A stretch of DNA of 64,000 bases from Octopus sinensis. Lineage: Eukaryota. The notes below the pieces were generated by a model. It worked only from the letters and a program-made list of their open reading frames with translations. It was not told where the DNA came from and ran no database searches. The DNA lies in the NCBI RefSeq assembly GCF_006345805.1, contig NC_042998.1, positions 69,378,001 to 69,442,000 on the forward strand, in the 5' to 3' direction. Below are positions 13,927 to 24,367 of the stretch, one piece after another. Made by a program: the position numbers and the translations under genes. Every line of letters starts with the position of its first letter. Position 1 is the stretch's first letter.

Positions 13927-14086
13927 ATAAAGAAGAATGGAGACTTGTACATCTTCCAAATTTGTTTATGACAATATTATTCTCATTAAATTCACATCAG
14001 ATAGATTGGAATCTAATGTGAATTTAATGAGAATAATATTGTAATAAACAAATTCTGAAGATATATAATTTCCCATTCTTCTTTAT
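13927..14086. repeat. Imperfect palindrome, ~75-bp arms
   Basis: ATAAAGAAGAATGG...AAATTCACAT pairs with ATGTGAATTT...CCATTCTTCTTTAT; inner 27 bp perfect; 2-nt loop and a 4-nt bulge. Confidence 0.85.
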
Positions 14087-14638
14087 AAATGTCTTGATTT
14101 ATATATTCTGTATGCTGTGAACATCAAATGAAGCAAACTCAGCATTTGCCTGTTGAGTAAAACACCAGATAATTTATCTATCTTAGATAATTCTATATGT
14201 TCCCCATCGTTCAATCGTTTTGCCAGAACCTGGATTATATCAGATTCCAAATCCCTATACTTTTACATTATATATATATATATATATATATATTGATAAA
14301 ACGGTAAGATAACAAAAGAAAGAAAGAGACCTCAATATTATGTAAATAGAGGAAATTTATCTATACAATATGTTACATTACTCGGTAGTCAAGATAAAAC
14401 TCTGAGTTTCAGATGCCGAAGTGGAAATTCACAACACCATCTCTTCGGTTATCTGGCTATTTGAAAACGTTATGAAAAAATACCGTTAAAAATGAAGGGA
14501 AATTACTCTGTTATAACTCTGCTTTGCCTGCGTACTTATACATCGCTCGCATTTTTCGTCATAAAAATTATATAAAAATACATAAAAATATATAAAAATA
14601 TATAAAATCTTCTTGGGACATAACACAGAAAGCATGTT

Positions 14639-15087
14639 CTATCCGTTTTCTTTAGGGGACCAAAAACGTAACAGAAATTTAGTCACATGTGGGCATGATC
14701 CGAAAAGCTCTGTCCTTGTGGTAGGGTCTAAGCTGCTTTTCCAGATAAGCCATCTCTCCATGTCGCATAAACCGCACCTTCCGCTACCGTTAGTATAGGG
14801 CTTACATCTGGCCAAAATCTTCCATTGTATGTTATAATCGACACCTTTATCTCTTAAAGACCAAATATGATTGGATAATTGTGTCGCTTTTCTTTTGTTC
14901 CAGTGCCTAAAGCTCAAAGTGTGGTTATTGAACCTGGCCTTGAAATTACCCTCTGTCAGGCCCACGTATTTCTTCGTCGAAACGGTGTCTTTAGTGGTTA
15001 TAGAGTTTACGGTAGCTTCATATATGATGGTCTTGGACATGCAAGCTCCATTTAGCGGGCACAATTCTTTATTCCTGCATGAACAGC
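14639..15087 (-). pseudogene. Mirror copy of the GIY-YIG domain with a 12-nt in-frame deletion (CLNT lost)
   Basis: Minus ORF reads DPTTRTELFG versus DPTTCLNTRTELFG in the right arm. Confidence 0.85.
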
Positions 15088-15560
15088 AAGAAGAAAACAG
15101 CTGTTCATGCAGGAATAAAGAATTGTGCCCGCTAAATGGAGCTTGCATGTCCAAGACCATCATATATGAAGCTACCGTAAACTCTATAACCACTAAAGAC
15201 ACCGTTTCGACGAAGAAATACGTGGGCCTGACAGAGGGTAATTTCAAGGCCAGGTTCAATAACCACACTTTGAGCTTTAGGCACTGGAACAAAAGAAAAG
15301 CGACACAATTATCCAATCATATTTGGTCTTTAAGAGATAAAGGTGTCGATTATAACATACAATGGAAGATTTTGGCCAGATGTAAGCCCTATACTAACGG
15401 TAGCGGAAGGTGCGGTTTATGCGACATGGAGAGATGGCTTATCTGGAAAAGCAGCTTAGACCCTACCACATGTCTAAATACAAGGACAGAGCTTTTCGGA
15501 TCATGCCCACATGTGACTAAATTTCTGTTACGTTTTTGGTCCCCTAAAGAAAACGGATAG
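15088..15560 (+). CDS. GIY-YIG endonuclease domain of a PLE, 5'-truncated (no genuine start, RT missing)
   Basis: CSCRNKELC (CxCx5C) linker, IIYEATV and KYVGLTE (GIY-YIG motifs), KARF Arg, CGLC, DMER Glu, LNTR Asn, CPH; open to TAG at 15558-15560. Confidence 0.85.
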
Positions 15561-15744
15561 AACATGCTTTCTGTGTTATGTCCCAAGAAGATTTTATATA
15601 TTTTTATATATTTTTATGTATTTTTATATAATTTTTATGACGAAAAATGCGAGCGATGTATAAGTACGCAGGCAAAGCAGAGTTATAACAGAGTAATTTC
15701 CCTTCATTTTTAACGGTATTTTTTCATAACGTTTTCAAATAGCC

Positions 15745-15807
15745 AGATAACCGAAGAGATGGTGTTGTGGATTTCCACTTCGGCATCTGAAACTCAGAGT
15801 TTTATCT
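15745..15807 (+). ncRNA. Atypical type I hammerhead-like motif in the PLE 3' UTR (mirror copy at 14392-14454, minus)
   Basis: Stem I AGATAA/TTATCT, core CCGAAGA, stem II GATG/CATC, extra T, GAAA, stem III ACT/AGT, UH = TT. Two deviations from the canonical core. Confidence 0.45.
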
Positions 15808-17943
15808 TGACTACCGAGTAATGTAACATATTGTATAGATATATATATATATATATATATTATATTAGATGTTAGAAATGGAGAAGGCTAATTTCTTTTT
15901 GAGCGTTATTTAAAAAAATGAAGAGTACAAACCTAGCTAAAGGGAAATAACTTGGATGTAGTAGCAAAAGGAAATAGTTTAATCATTGTTGGTGTTTCAT
16001 TTCAGATAAGGTAGAGGAGGAGGAAGATGAGAAAGATAAGGAAGATAAGAGAATAAATCAAAAGAAAGATGAGATGAGATAAGATAAGAAAAGCTAAGAA
16101 AGAAAAAAAAAAGAATATTGGTTAACGAATTAGAAAAGGTGTAGTGGTTGGGTTTGTCTGTGGATGCTCTGTTTATAAAAGGAAGCTGTGTGTATAAAAC
16201 GGTGAATAGTAATTAACTGTGAATGGAAAGTTGGAAGTAATTAACTGGGAGATGTAAATTTAATGCAGGTGTATTGTTGAGGGGTTATGTTTTAAATAAG
16301 GGATGTTTTAAATAAGGGGAGGAGAGATATGTATAATAGCATTTTAATAAGGGGTTGGAGTAGTGATTTCTTAATTAACTAAAACCAGACACCCCTAATG
16401 TATTATAGGAATAATATATTAGTCATACAAAGTGACGGTACTGACTTTCCAAGTCTTGTACATATTCTAGCAGTCTCTTTTGCCAAAACACTAATCTCAC
16501 ATAAAAAGTACCTCTGCCATGCAACAAGCAAGCATTCTGGTGCCATGTACGAAGCAGCCATTTCAGTGCCACATAAAAAAATATCTGTGCCAATGCCACA
16601 TGTAAAGCACCTGTGCTGGGGCCACATGTAAAAAGCACTGTTGCTGGCACCACATAAAAAGCACCCGTGTTGGTGTCATTTAAAGAGCACTAGCGTTGGT
16701 GCCACTCTGTAAAGTGGTTGGCATGAGGAAGGGCATCCGGCTGTAGAAACCCCTGCCAAAAACAGACAACTGGAGTCTGGTGCAGCTCTCCAGCTTGCCA
16801 GCATGGAAAATGGATATTAAATAATGATGATGTTTATGTTGCTGCTGCTGCTGACAATGATGATGATGTTTATGATGAGTGTGACCTTATTTCTTTTAAT
16901 TTACTGTTTCCAATTTAGGCACAAGGCCAGCACTTTGTTGGGGAGGGGGCTTTGCCAATACAATCAAGCCCAGTAATTGATTGGTACTGGATTTCATCAG
17001 TCTTGAGGGAATGAACAGCAAAGTTGTCTTCAATAGGATTTGAACACAAAATGTAAAGAACATAAAGACAGCACCTGGAATTTTTCCCAAAGCCTTAACA
17101 ATGCTGCCAATCCACCAGCCTTGTAGCAAATCCCTGTTTTAATACCCATCCTTCATCCTCTCTTTATTAATGAGAGGAAGAAACAGAGTTTCATCCATTG
17201 ATCCATATAATTCTCCCTTTCTGCTAATCCCTGCTTTCTGAAGATTATGGATTTTAAGGAAGTCTGGTATGTATTAACCATGGTGGGTGTGGCTATAAGT
17301 TTGCTTCCCAACCACATGATTCTGGGTTCAGTCCCAGTGCATAGCACTTTGGTCAAGTGCCAGGCCAATCCAAGCCGTCTGAGTGGATTTGTAGATGGAA
17401 ACTGAAAGTAGTCAATCATGTGTGTTTGCGTGTGTTTGTATTTGTCCTCTACCAACACTTAACAACTGGTGTTGGTTTGTTTACATCCCCATAACTTAGC
17501 AGTTCATCAAAATACCAGGCTTAAGATTATGAAAAGTAATGTCTTGAGGTTCACTCATCGGACTAAAAATTCTTTAAGACAGTGTCCCAGCATGGCCACA
17601 GTCTAATGACTGAAATAAGTAAAAGATAGAAGAATTTTCCCACCCTCTTTTCCAATCCCTACAGTCTCCCACTCACAGGGATAGGAATGCTCTCCTATGA
17701 AAAATTCAGCCCTAGTACGTACTAAAAGCAAAATGGGGAAGCTAAAGGAAAAAGACGGTCTGGATAAGGTTGTAGCAGAGATGAGAATATAGAAAATTAC
17801 TATTTGTAAATCTCACAATGTGAGATGTTCAGCAACAGTACTTTGGACTAAAGATTATTTGCCAACATAACATGGCAGTCTTGGTTTAGGACGAATGTTA
17901 CTGTAATTTAGCCCCAGGAAACATCATCTAGCCAAACAGTTAT

Positions 17944-17988
17944 TCTGTGCTGATGAAGGGAAATAACCTGGAAATCGCAATACACAGA
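17944..17988 (+). ncRNA. Minimal type I hammerhead ribozyme motif, copy 1
   Basis: TCTGTG-CTGATGA-AGGG AAATAA CCTG-GAAA-TCGCAA-TA-CACAGA; 6-bp stem I, intact core. Confidence 0.7.
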
Positions 17989-18255
17989 TTCAAAAATATA
18001 AAGACACAGATCATGTCATATAGCCAGCTGGAGACAATGTCTCCTGGGGCTAAATTACTGCAATATTCATCATAAACCAGGACTGCCATGTTATGTTGGC
18101 AAACAAACTTTACTTCAAAGTACTGTTGCTGAATATCTCTCGTAAGATTTACAAATAGTACTTTTCCAATTTATAGGTCAGTGACTAGTTGTCACTTAAA
18201 AAACTATATATTTCAAATGGGAATTTGGCAGCACCACCTCTAGCTGAACAATTAT

Positions 18256-18300
18256 TCTGTGCTGATGAAGGGAAATAACCCAGAAATCGCAATACGCAGA
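18256..18300 (+). ncRNA. Minimal type I hammerhead ribozyme motif, copy 2
   Basis: TCTGTG-CTGATGA-AGGG AAATAA CCCA-GAAA-TCGCAA-TA-CGCAGA. Confidence 0.7.
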
Positions 18301-18770
18301 TATTGTTTTGAACTGAGTGGGGGTGCTAGATTCTCTTGTTCGAAAATATAAGGACACAGATCGTTGTCGTATAGCTAACTGGAGACGATGTCTCCTGGGG
18401 CTAAATTACGGCAACATTCTCCTAAACTGGGACTGCCATATTATGTTGGCAAACAATCTTAACTACAGATGGGAATATGTTTGGTATTTCTGTAAATAAA
18501 TAAAAGGGAGAAGGAATTGGTTAGATTTTGGTTAAGTTGGAATATCCAGAGCAAGGTAATTCTATTAAAACTGATAAGTTTATGTTACTTTTGATGTTGG
18601 CAGCTTATTAAGAAAGAAGGTAAGACATTTGATTAGGTTAGAGATGAGAGTAGTAGTAGTGGTGATGGTGGTGGTATCTTTTACTTGTTTCAGCCATTTG
18701 ACTGTGGCCATGCTGGAGTATCACCTTGAAGAATTTTAGTCGAATAAATTGATCTCGGCATTTATTATAT

Positions 18771-19139
18771 ACTAGCAGTATCGCCCGGCGTTGCTCGGGT
18801 TTGTAAGGGAAATAACTATAAAGCATTTTTAGAGAGTTATAGCCAAAAAATGGGAAAAAAATGATGGTAAATTTTTTTTTTAGTTAAAAAGGTCGATGTG
18901 CGTCCCCTAGACAGTCTGTGGTTTGTGTTTCTGATTCTCGACCCCATGTCGAATTTATCGATTTTTTTTCAGAACTGGGGGAACTTTTCAAAATTTTCGC
19001 TGCGTTAGTTTTGAATTATGACATTGGGCTATGTGTGTGTCAAGTTTCATCAGAATCGGTTGAAAGCCGTGGTCAGGGTGAGGGTACAAGCAAACAGACA
19101 CACAGAAACACACACAGACAAACTGCCGTTTATATATAG
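18771..19139 (+). mobile_element. Non-autonomous Helitron/Helentron-like element (Lep1/DINE-1-like architecture) inserted in a family B SINE
   Basis: 5' ACTAGC followed by hairpin CCCGGCGTTGCTCGGG; 3' AAGTTTCATCAGAATCGGTTGA, (ACAG/AC)n microsatellite, end TTTATATATAG; no TSD; the host SINE resumes at ~19155. Confidence 0.7.
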
Positions 19140-19870
19140 ATATATATATATATATATTTTTAAAGCTAGGTACTTATTTTATCTGTCTCTTATGCTGAAC
19201 TGCTGAGTTACAGGGATGTAAACACACCAGCACCAATTGTCAAACAGTGGTGAGGGACAAACACCACACATTCATGCATATATATATATATAATATATAT
19301 ATATATTATATATAGAATGGGCTTCTTTCAGTTTCTGTCTACGAAATCCACTCATTAGGCTTTGATCAGCCCAAGGCTATAGTAGAAGACACTTGCCTAA
19401 GGTGCCATGCATTGGGACTGAACCCCCGTGTGGTTGGGAAGCAAGCTTCTTACCACAACAACCACTTCTGCACCGATTGTTAATTGTTGACACTGTCCTC
19501 TGGAAAACCAAGGAATTGGGATTCAAGTAGTGTCTCTTTTTGTGTCTCAAACTTATGCACAACAATAGCATACTTGTGTTTTTATGCCAACCAATTTGTG
19601 AATGATTAAATAACTGGGTTCTTTTTTTATTTTACATGGTCAAAGGTTTCTAAATTACAGCATGATTTTATTGCATCAGTTACATTTTATAAATAAATGT
19701 CCTTCATATAGATGACCATTCAGGCATGAAATAGGAGTGGAATATGATCTGTGAGTCATGAAAGCTTCAGTGTTGTTACTTGTTTAGAAACTCAGTGAAT
19801 AGGTAAAAATCCTGAACGGATTCTCTTTCATTTCTGTTGACAAATGCACTGTAGATTAAGCAGAAATTTA

Positions 19871-20452
19871 CAGCAATCCCTCACCACATCGTGGTTCACC
19901 TATCGCGGTTTAATATTTAAGCTTATGTCAATTCCTCTGTGGTGGTATTTTGCATTTATAATAAAATAAATATATACAAATTATAAAAGTAATAATTAAA
20001 AATATACAGTAATAAAAAAATATACAGTACAGTACTTATTTTTGGATTTTGTTTGCAAGATTCTTTATGTGGGTTCGTGTGTTGAAGCATATTCTGTTGT
20101 GTCTGGGGAAAGTCATTCTCTTTTGGTGCCTTATAATTTAACACACACACTGGTAAAATTTCCACTCATTTACTTATTTATTTCTCTAAAATTTTCGTTA
20201 TGTCTTGCAACCTTTTCAATACTTGTTGATTCTGTCCATTATTCAAAGAATGCAGCTTGAATAACAGAGTCAACAAAAATAAATAAGTAAATGAGTAGAA
20301 ATTTTACCAGTGAGTGTGTTAAATTATAAGGCACTAAAAGAGAATGACTCTCCCTGGATATAACAGTACAGTACTGTTTCTACTTTGCGGATTTTCACCA
20401 ATTGCAAGATAGAGTTTGGAATGTAGCACTCGCGATAGTCGACGGATTACTG
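19871..20452. mobile_element. Tigger/pogo-type MITE containing a nested insertion
   Basis: Ends CAGCAATCCCTC / CAGTAATCCGTC (reverse complement), TA flanks at 19869-70 and 20453-54. Confidence 0.7.
20037..20362. mobile_element. Fold-back insertion with asymmetric 90-bp inverted arms and a 13-bp TSD (PLE-type geometry)
   Basis: Arms 20094-20183 and 20277-20366; ACAGTACAGTACT at 20024-20036 and 20363-20375. Confidence 0.65.
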
Positions 20453-21679
20453 TATTTCCATCTGTTGTGTGAGGCACATGGCTTAGTGGTTAGGGTATTT
20501 GGATCATGGACATCAAGTCACAAGTTCGATCCTTGGTGGTATGTTGTGTCCTTGAGCAAGTTACTTTATTTCATGTTGCTCCAGTCCACTCAGCTGCTAA
20601 AAATGAGTTGTACCTGTAGTTCCAAGGCTCATCCTTGTTACATTCTGTGTGACACTGAATTTCCCTGAGAGCTACATTAAGGGTACATAAGTCTGTGGAG
20701 TACTCAGCCATGTTAATTTCATAAGCAGGCTGTTCCATTGATCTGATCAACTGGGACCCTCATCATCACAACCAGTGATGGTGGTACCTGTTGCTGTTTA
20801 GCTCCAAATCAACCCTGATCACTCACCCCCCCCAACAGACTTTTATTGAAAAGCATTCCAACCACTTACATCAATAGTTTATTTGTGTTATTCTTTTATT
20901 TTTCTTTTATTTATTTCAGTCATTTGACTGCGGCCATGCTGGAGCACTGCTTTTTAGTCGAACAAATCGACCCCAGGACTTATTCTTTGCAAGTCTGGTA
21001 CTTATTCTATCGGTGTTTTTTGCCGAAGCTAAGTTACAGGGACATAAATACACCAACATCAGTTGTGAAGCAATGGTGGTGGGGCCACAAACACAGACAC
21101 ACGAACATACATACACACACACATGCATACATATAGACATATATATATATATATATTTTTACAAACATACATTTTGTTGGATGGCCGTTGACTGTTCATG
21201 GAGTTCCTCCACCCTGTGACGGGTATTATTTTTCGTCCTGCAGGGTGTCTAAGAATCACCCTCCTCCCCAATCAAACCTGATGGGGTTGCCAGTTTAGTC
21301 GCTGACAACCTAACCATGCAGCAGGTTGTACTGGGTTACATGTCACCAGTAGCACATAAGAGCGACCTGACATAATTTATATAATTATATATATACATAC
21401 ATACATACAACCAGGCTTCTTTCAGTTTCCATCTACCAAATCCACTCACAAGGCTTTGGTTGGCCCAAGGCTATAGTAGAAGACACTTGCTCAAGGTGCC
21501 ACACAGTGGGACTGAACCCAGAACCATGTGGTTAGTAAGCAAGCTACTTACCACACAGCCACATGTTTTTTAAAGAGTGGCGGTTTTTCTCCAATGGTGA
21601 AAAACATAAATGATCAGATATCTATGTTTGAATCATCCAAAATATATTATGAACAAATAAATATGTTATTGCTTGGCCT

Positions 21680-22400
21680 ATACCAGTGGGTGTAACCAAC
21701 CCACTTATGAATACCCTTCATTCATTGGACAATAAACTTTGCTTGCGAAGACCTATTGAAGCAAGTGAAATCAAAATCAAAATCGCTGATGTGGCCGATG
21801 ACTGTACCACCTGATTGGCATGATTGCCAGTCGAATGTTAAAAGCACATCCGATTGTGGGGTGCAACCAACCCACTTATGAGTACCCCTCACTCATTGGT
21901 CAATGAATTTTGCTTGCAAACACCTATTGAGGCAAGTGAAAACAAATTGGACCAGTGGAACGTTAAAAGCTTATCTGAGTGTGATTGATGCCAGGTCTAT
22001 GGATTGGCTCCCGTGCCAGTGGAATATCAAAAGCACCATTCAAGAGTGATTGTTGCCAGAGTCACTCTACAAGCACATGTGCTGGTGGCACATGAAAAAC
22101 AACATTCAAGCGTAGTCCTTGTCAGTGCCACCGGACTGGCTCCCGTGCAGGTAGCACGTAAAAAACACCTTTTGAGCGTAGGCATTGCCAGAACTTCCTG
22201 ACTGGCCCTCATGCCAGTGTCATGTAAAAGCACCCACTACACTCTTGGAGTGGTTGGCGTTAGGAAGGGCATCCAGCTGTAGAAACTTTGCCAGATCATA
22301 TTGAGCCTGGTGCAGCCTCTGACTCACCAGTCCTCAGTCAAACCGTCCAACCCATGCCAGCATGGAAAGCGGATGTAAAATGATGATGATGATGATGATG
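21680..22400 (+). mobile_element. Long family A copy with internal tandem units and a (GAT)n tail
   Basis: Duplicated ~180-bp upstream unit, ~60-bp internal units, canonical family A tail. Confidence 0.75.
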
Positions 22401-23137
22401 ATGACGTTTGGATTCTCACTCTTCTGGATGCACCTTCATGAATTATCAGCAGTAGAATTGATTTTCCTTCAAACTTTAGACTTTAAGATGACCCCACTTA
22501 ACCCTTTTAAAGGCACAGATTGTCCCTTTTTTTTCTTCATTTTTTTTTAGAATTTTAGGGATTTAGATATATAGCTGAGATTTTTAAGTTTTTGGTTTCA
22601 GGTTTAAAGCTTTTGAATTTATGATTTCTTTCTCTGATGATTTTTCTGGTATCTGACAGAATTAAAGGGACCAATGTCTGTGTCCCCATCTTCTCTGTGT
22701 TGCTTTTTATAACTGAATATTGAAAACAACTTGATAAGTGAGTTTACTTACTGCAGAAGCATGGTGGCTATTATTCAAAGTTCCTGTAACAAGGGAAGTG
22801 TGTGGGACGTGATGTTGCTCATTTTTAGAACAGCCTACATAATTTGTGCTTTATATTGGAAACGAATGACAGCCAATTTTCTGCTATTTTGCTTGTTTTA
22901 TTTAATGTTTAGTTGTTCTCTTTTTTTCTTCTTTATTTTCTTGTTTTGTTGCTTCATGTAGAGTTGTTATCTCTGTTGTGGTTGTTGATGTGTTATGATT
23001 GAAGTTGCATGAAGTTGTTTTGTATTCTTTTTATCAGGTTGGCTGTTTTTGTTGTGTAATTTGGGTCATATTTGTTTATTTTCCCTCGTGGGATACATTT
23101 TTGACACTAGACACTTTCTATAATTATTTGATTATAT

Positions 23138-23180
<43 letters not shown>

Positions 23181-23389
23181 CATATTAGTTATTTAGAATC
23201 CATAAAATCAGAAAAAATACACGCTCATATATTTGTCAGTAGAGTGGAAGATTAATCAAAGTATACAATATTGCAGATCCATTTTAGCTTATCATACCAA
23301 TTGGTTTCACATCAGATATCAGATGATAGTGCAGTCAACTAACATCACATACTCTTCAGAGTGTTAGTAAACCGTATTAATATCCAGTG

Positions 23390-23931
23390 TGTGACCAATT
23401 GGTTAGACTGGCTGAAATGGATCTGAAATCAAAATCCAAATCAAAATAGATGAACATCAATGGAATTTGTATCCTTGTGGTACCAGTGCCGGTGGCACAT
23501 AAGAAAACCATCCGAACGTGACCGTAGCCAGTACCGCATCGACTGGCCTCCGTGCTGAGGGCACGTAACAAACACCATCCGAGCGTGGCCGTTCGCCAGC
23601 CTCGTCTGGTACCTGTGTCGGTGACACATAAGAAAACACCATCCGAGCGTGGCCGTCTGCCAGCCTCGTCTGGCACCTGTGTCAGTGGCACATAAAAAAC
23701 ACCATCCGAGCGTGGCCGTCTGCCGGCCTCGTCTGGCACCTGTGTCGGTGGCACATAAAATCACCCACTACACTCTCAGAGTGGTTGGCGTTAGGAAGGG
23801 CATCCAGCTGTAGAAACACTGCCAGATCTGACTGGCCTGGTGCAGCCTTCGGGCTTGCCAGACCCCAGTTGAACCGTCCAACCCATGCTAGCATGGAAAA
23901 CGGACGTTAAACGATGATGATGATGATGATG
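23390..23931 (+). mobile_element. Young family A copy with a four-unit internal array
   Basis: CpG-rich and little decayed; tail ...CGGACGTTAAACGATGATG. Confidence 0.8.
23507..23760 (+). repeat. Tandem array of 4 units (67, 64, 63, ~60 bp)
   Basis: ACCATCCGA anchors at 23507, 23574, 23638 and 23701. Confidence 0.9.
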
Positions 23932-24157
23932 AATACTGTATACTTTGATTAATACACACACACATATATAAACACACAAATATAATATATACACAATTTA
24001 TTGACATAGGCACAAGTGTGGCTGTGGTAAGAAGTTTACTTCCCAACCTTATGGTTCCATGTTCAGTCCCACTATGTTCACATTGGGTAAGTGTCTTCTA
24101 CTATTCATTAGGGCCAACCTAAGTTTTGTGAGTGGATTTGGTAGGCAGAAACTGTCT

Positions 24158-24367
24158 ACCAGCGACGAGCTGGCAGAAACGTTAGCATGCCGGGCAAAAT
24201 GCTTAGTGGTATTTCGTTTTGAGTTCGAATTCAGCTGAGGTTAGCTTTGCCTTTCATCCTTTCGGGGTTGATTAAATAAGTACCAGTTGCGCATTGGAGT
24301 CAATATAATTGACTTAATCCGTTTGTCCCCTCTGTGTGTAGCCTCATTTGGGCAGTAAAGAAATAAG
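24158..24367 (+). mobile_element. Family C SINE nested inside a family B SINE (~24005-24530)
   Basis: Family B sequence breaks at GAAACTG and resumes with GAAACTGAAAGAAGCCC after the insert; insert tail GGGCAGTAAAGAAATAAG. Confidence 0.8.

Larger units (their letters stand above)
14293..15841. mobile_element. Penelope-like element (C-terminal GIY-YIG, probably Hydra-clade type), 5'-truncated, present as a head-to-head palindrome in a (TA)n microsatellite
   Basis: Arms 14358-15087 and 15100-15841 were compared base by base: one mismatch (14429/15770) and one 12-bp indel (15471-15482). Loop is 12 nt. The left arm has 65 extra 3'-terminal bases (14293-14357). (TA)n on both sides. Confidence 0.9.
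17792..18470 (+). mobile_element. Non-autonomous HHR-bearing tandem element (retrozyme / PLE pLTR-like), 312-bp period, with a 5' inverted partial copy
   Basis: Direct repeat starting at ~17940 and ~18252; inverted arms 17792-17929 and 18032-18166 (imperfect, by eye); an HHR in each unit. Confidence 0.7.

Noticed and set aside
14871-15087. N-terminal 72 codons of the 229-aa ORF (and of its 225-aa mirror)
   Set aside because: This is the antisense of the same endonuclease segment created by the palindrome, and the listed start is not an ATG. It is not a real N-terminal domain or a two-gene system.
23377-23760. Repeat-spacer-like array and repetitive ORFs, superficially CRISPR-like
   Set aside because: Eukaryotic context, no cas genes, the inter-anchor segments are homologous to each other, and the array lies inside a SINE-like element.
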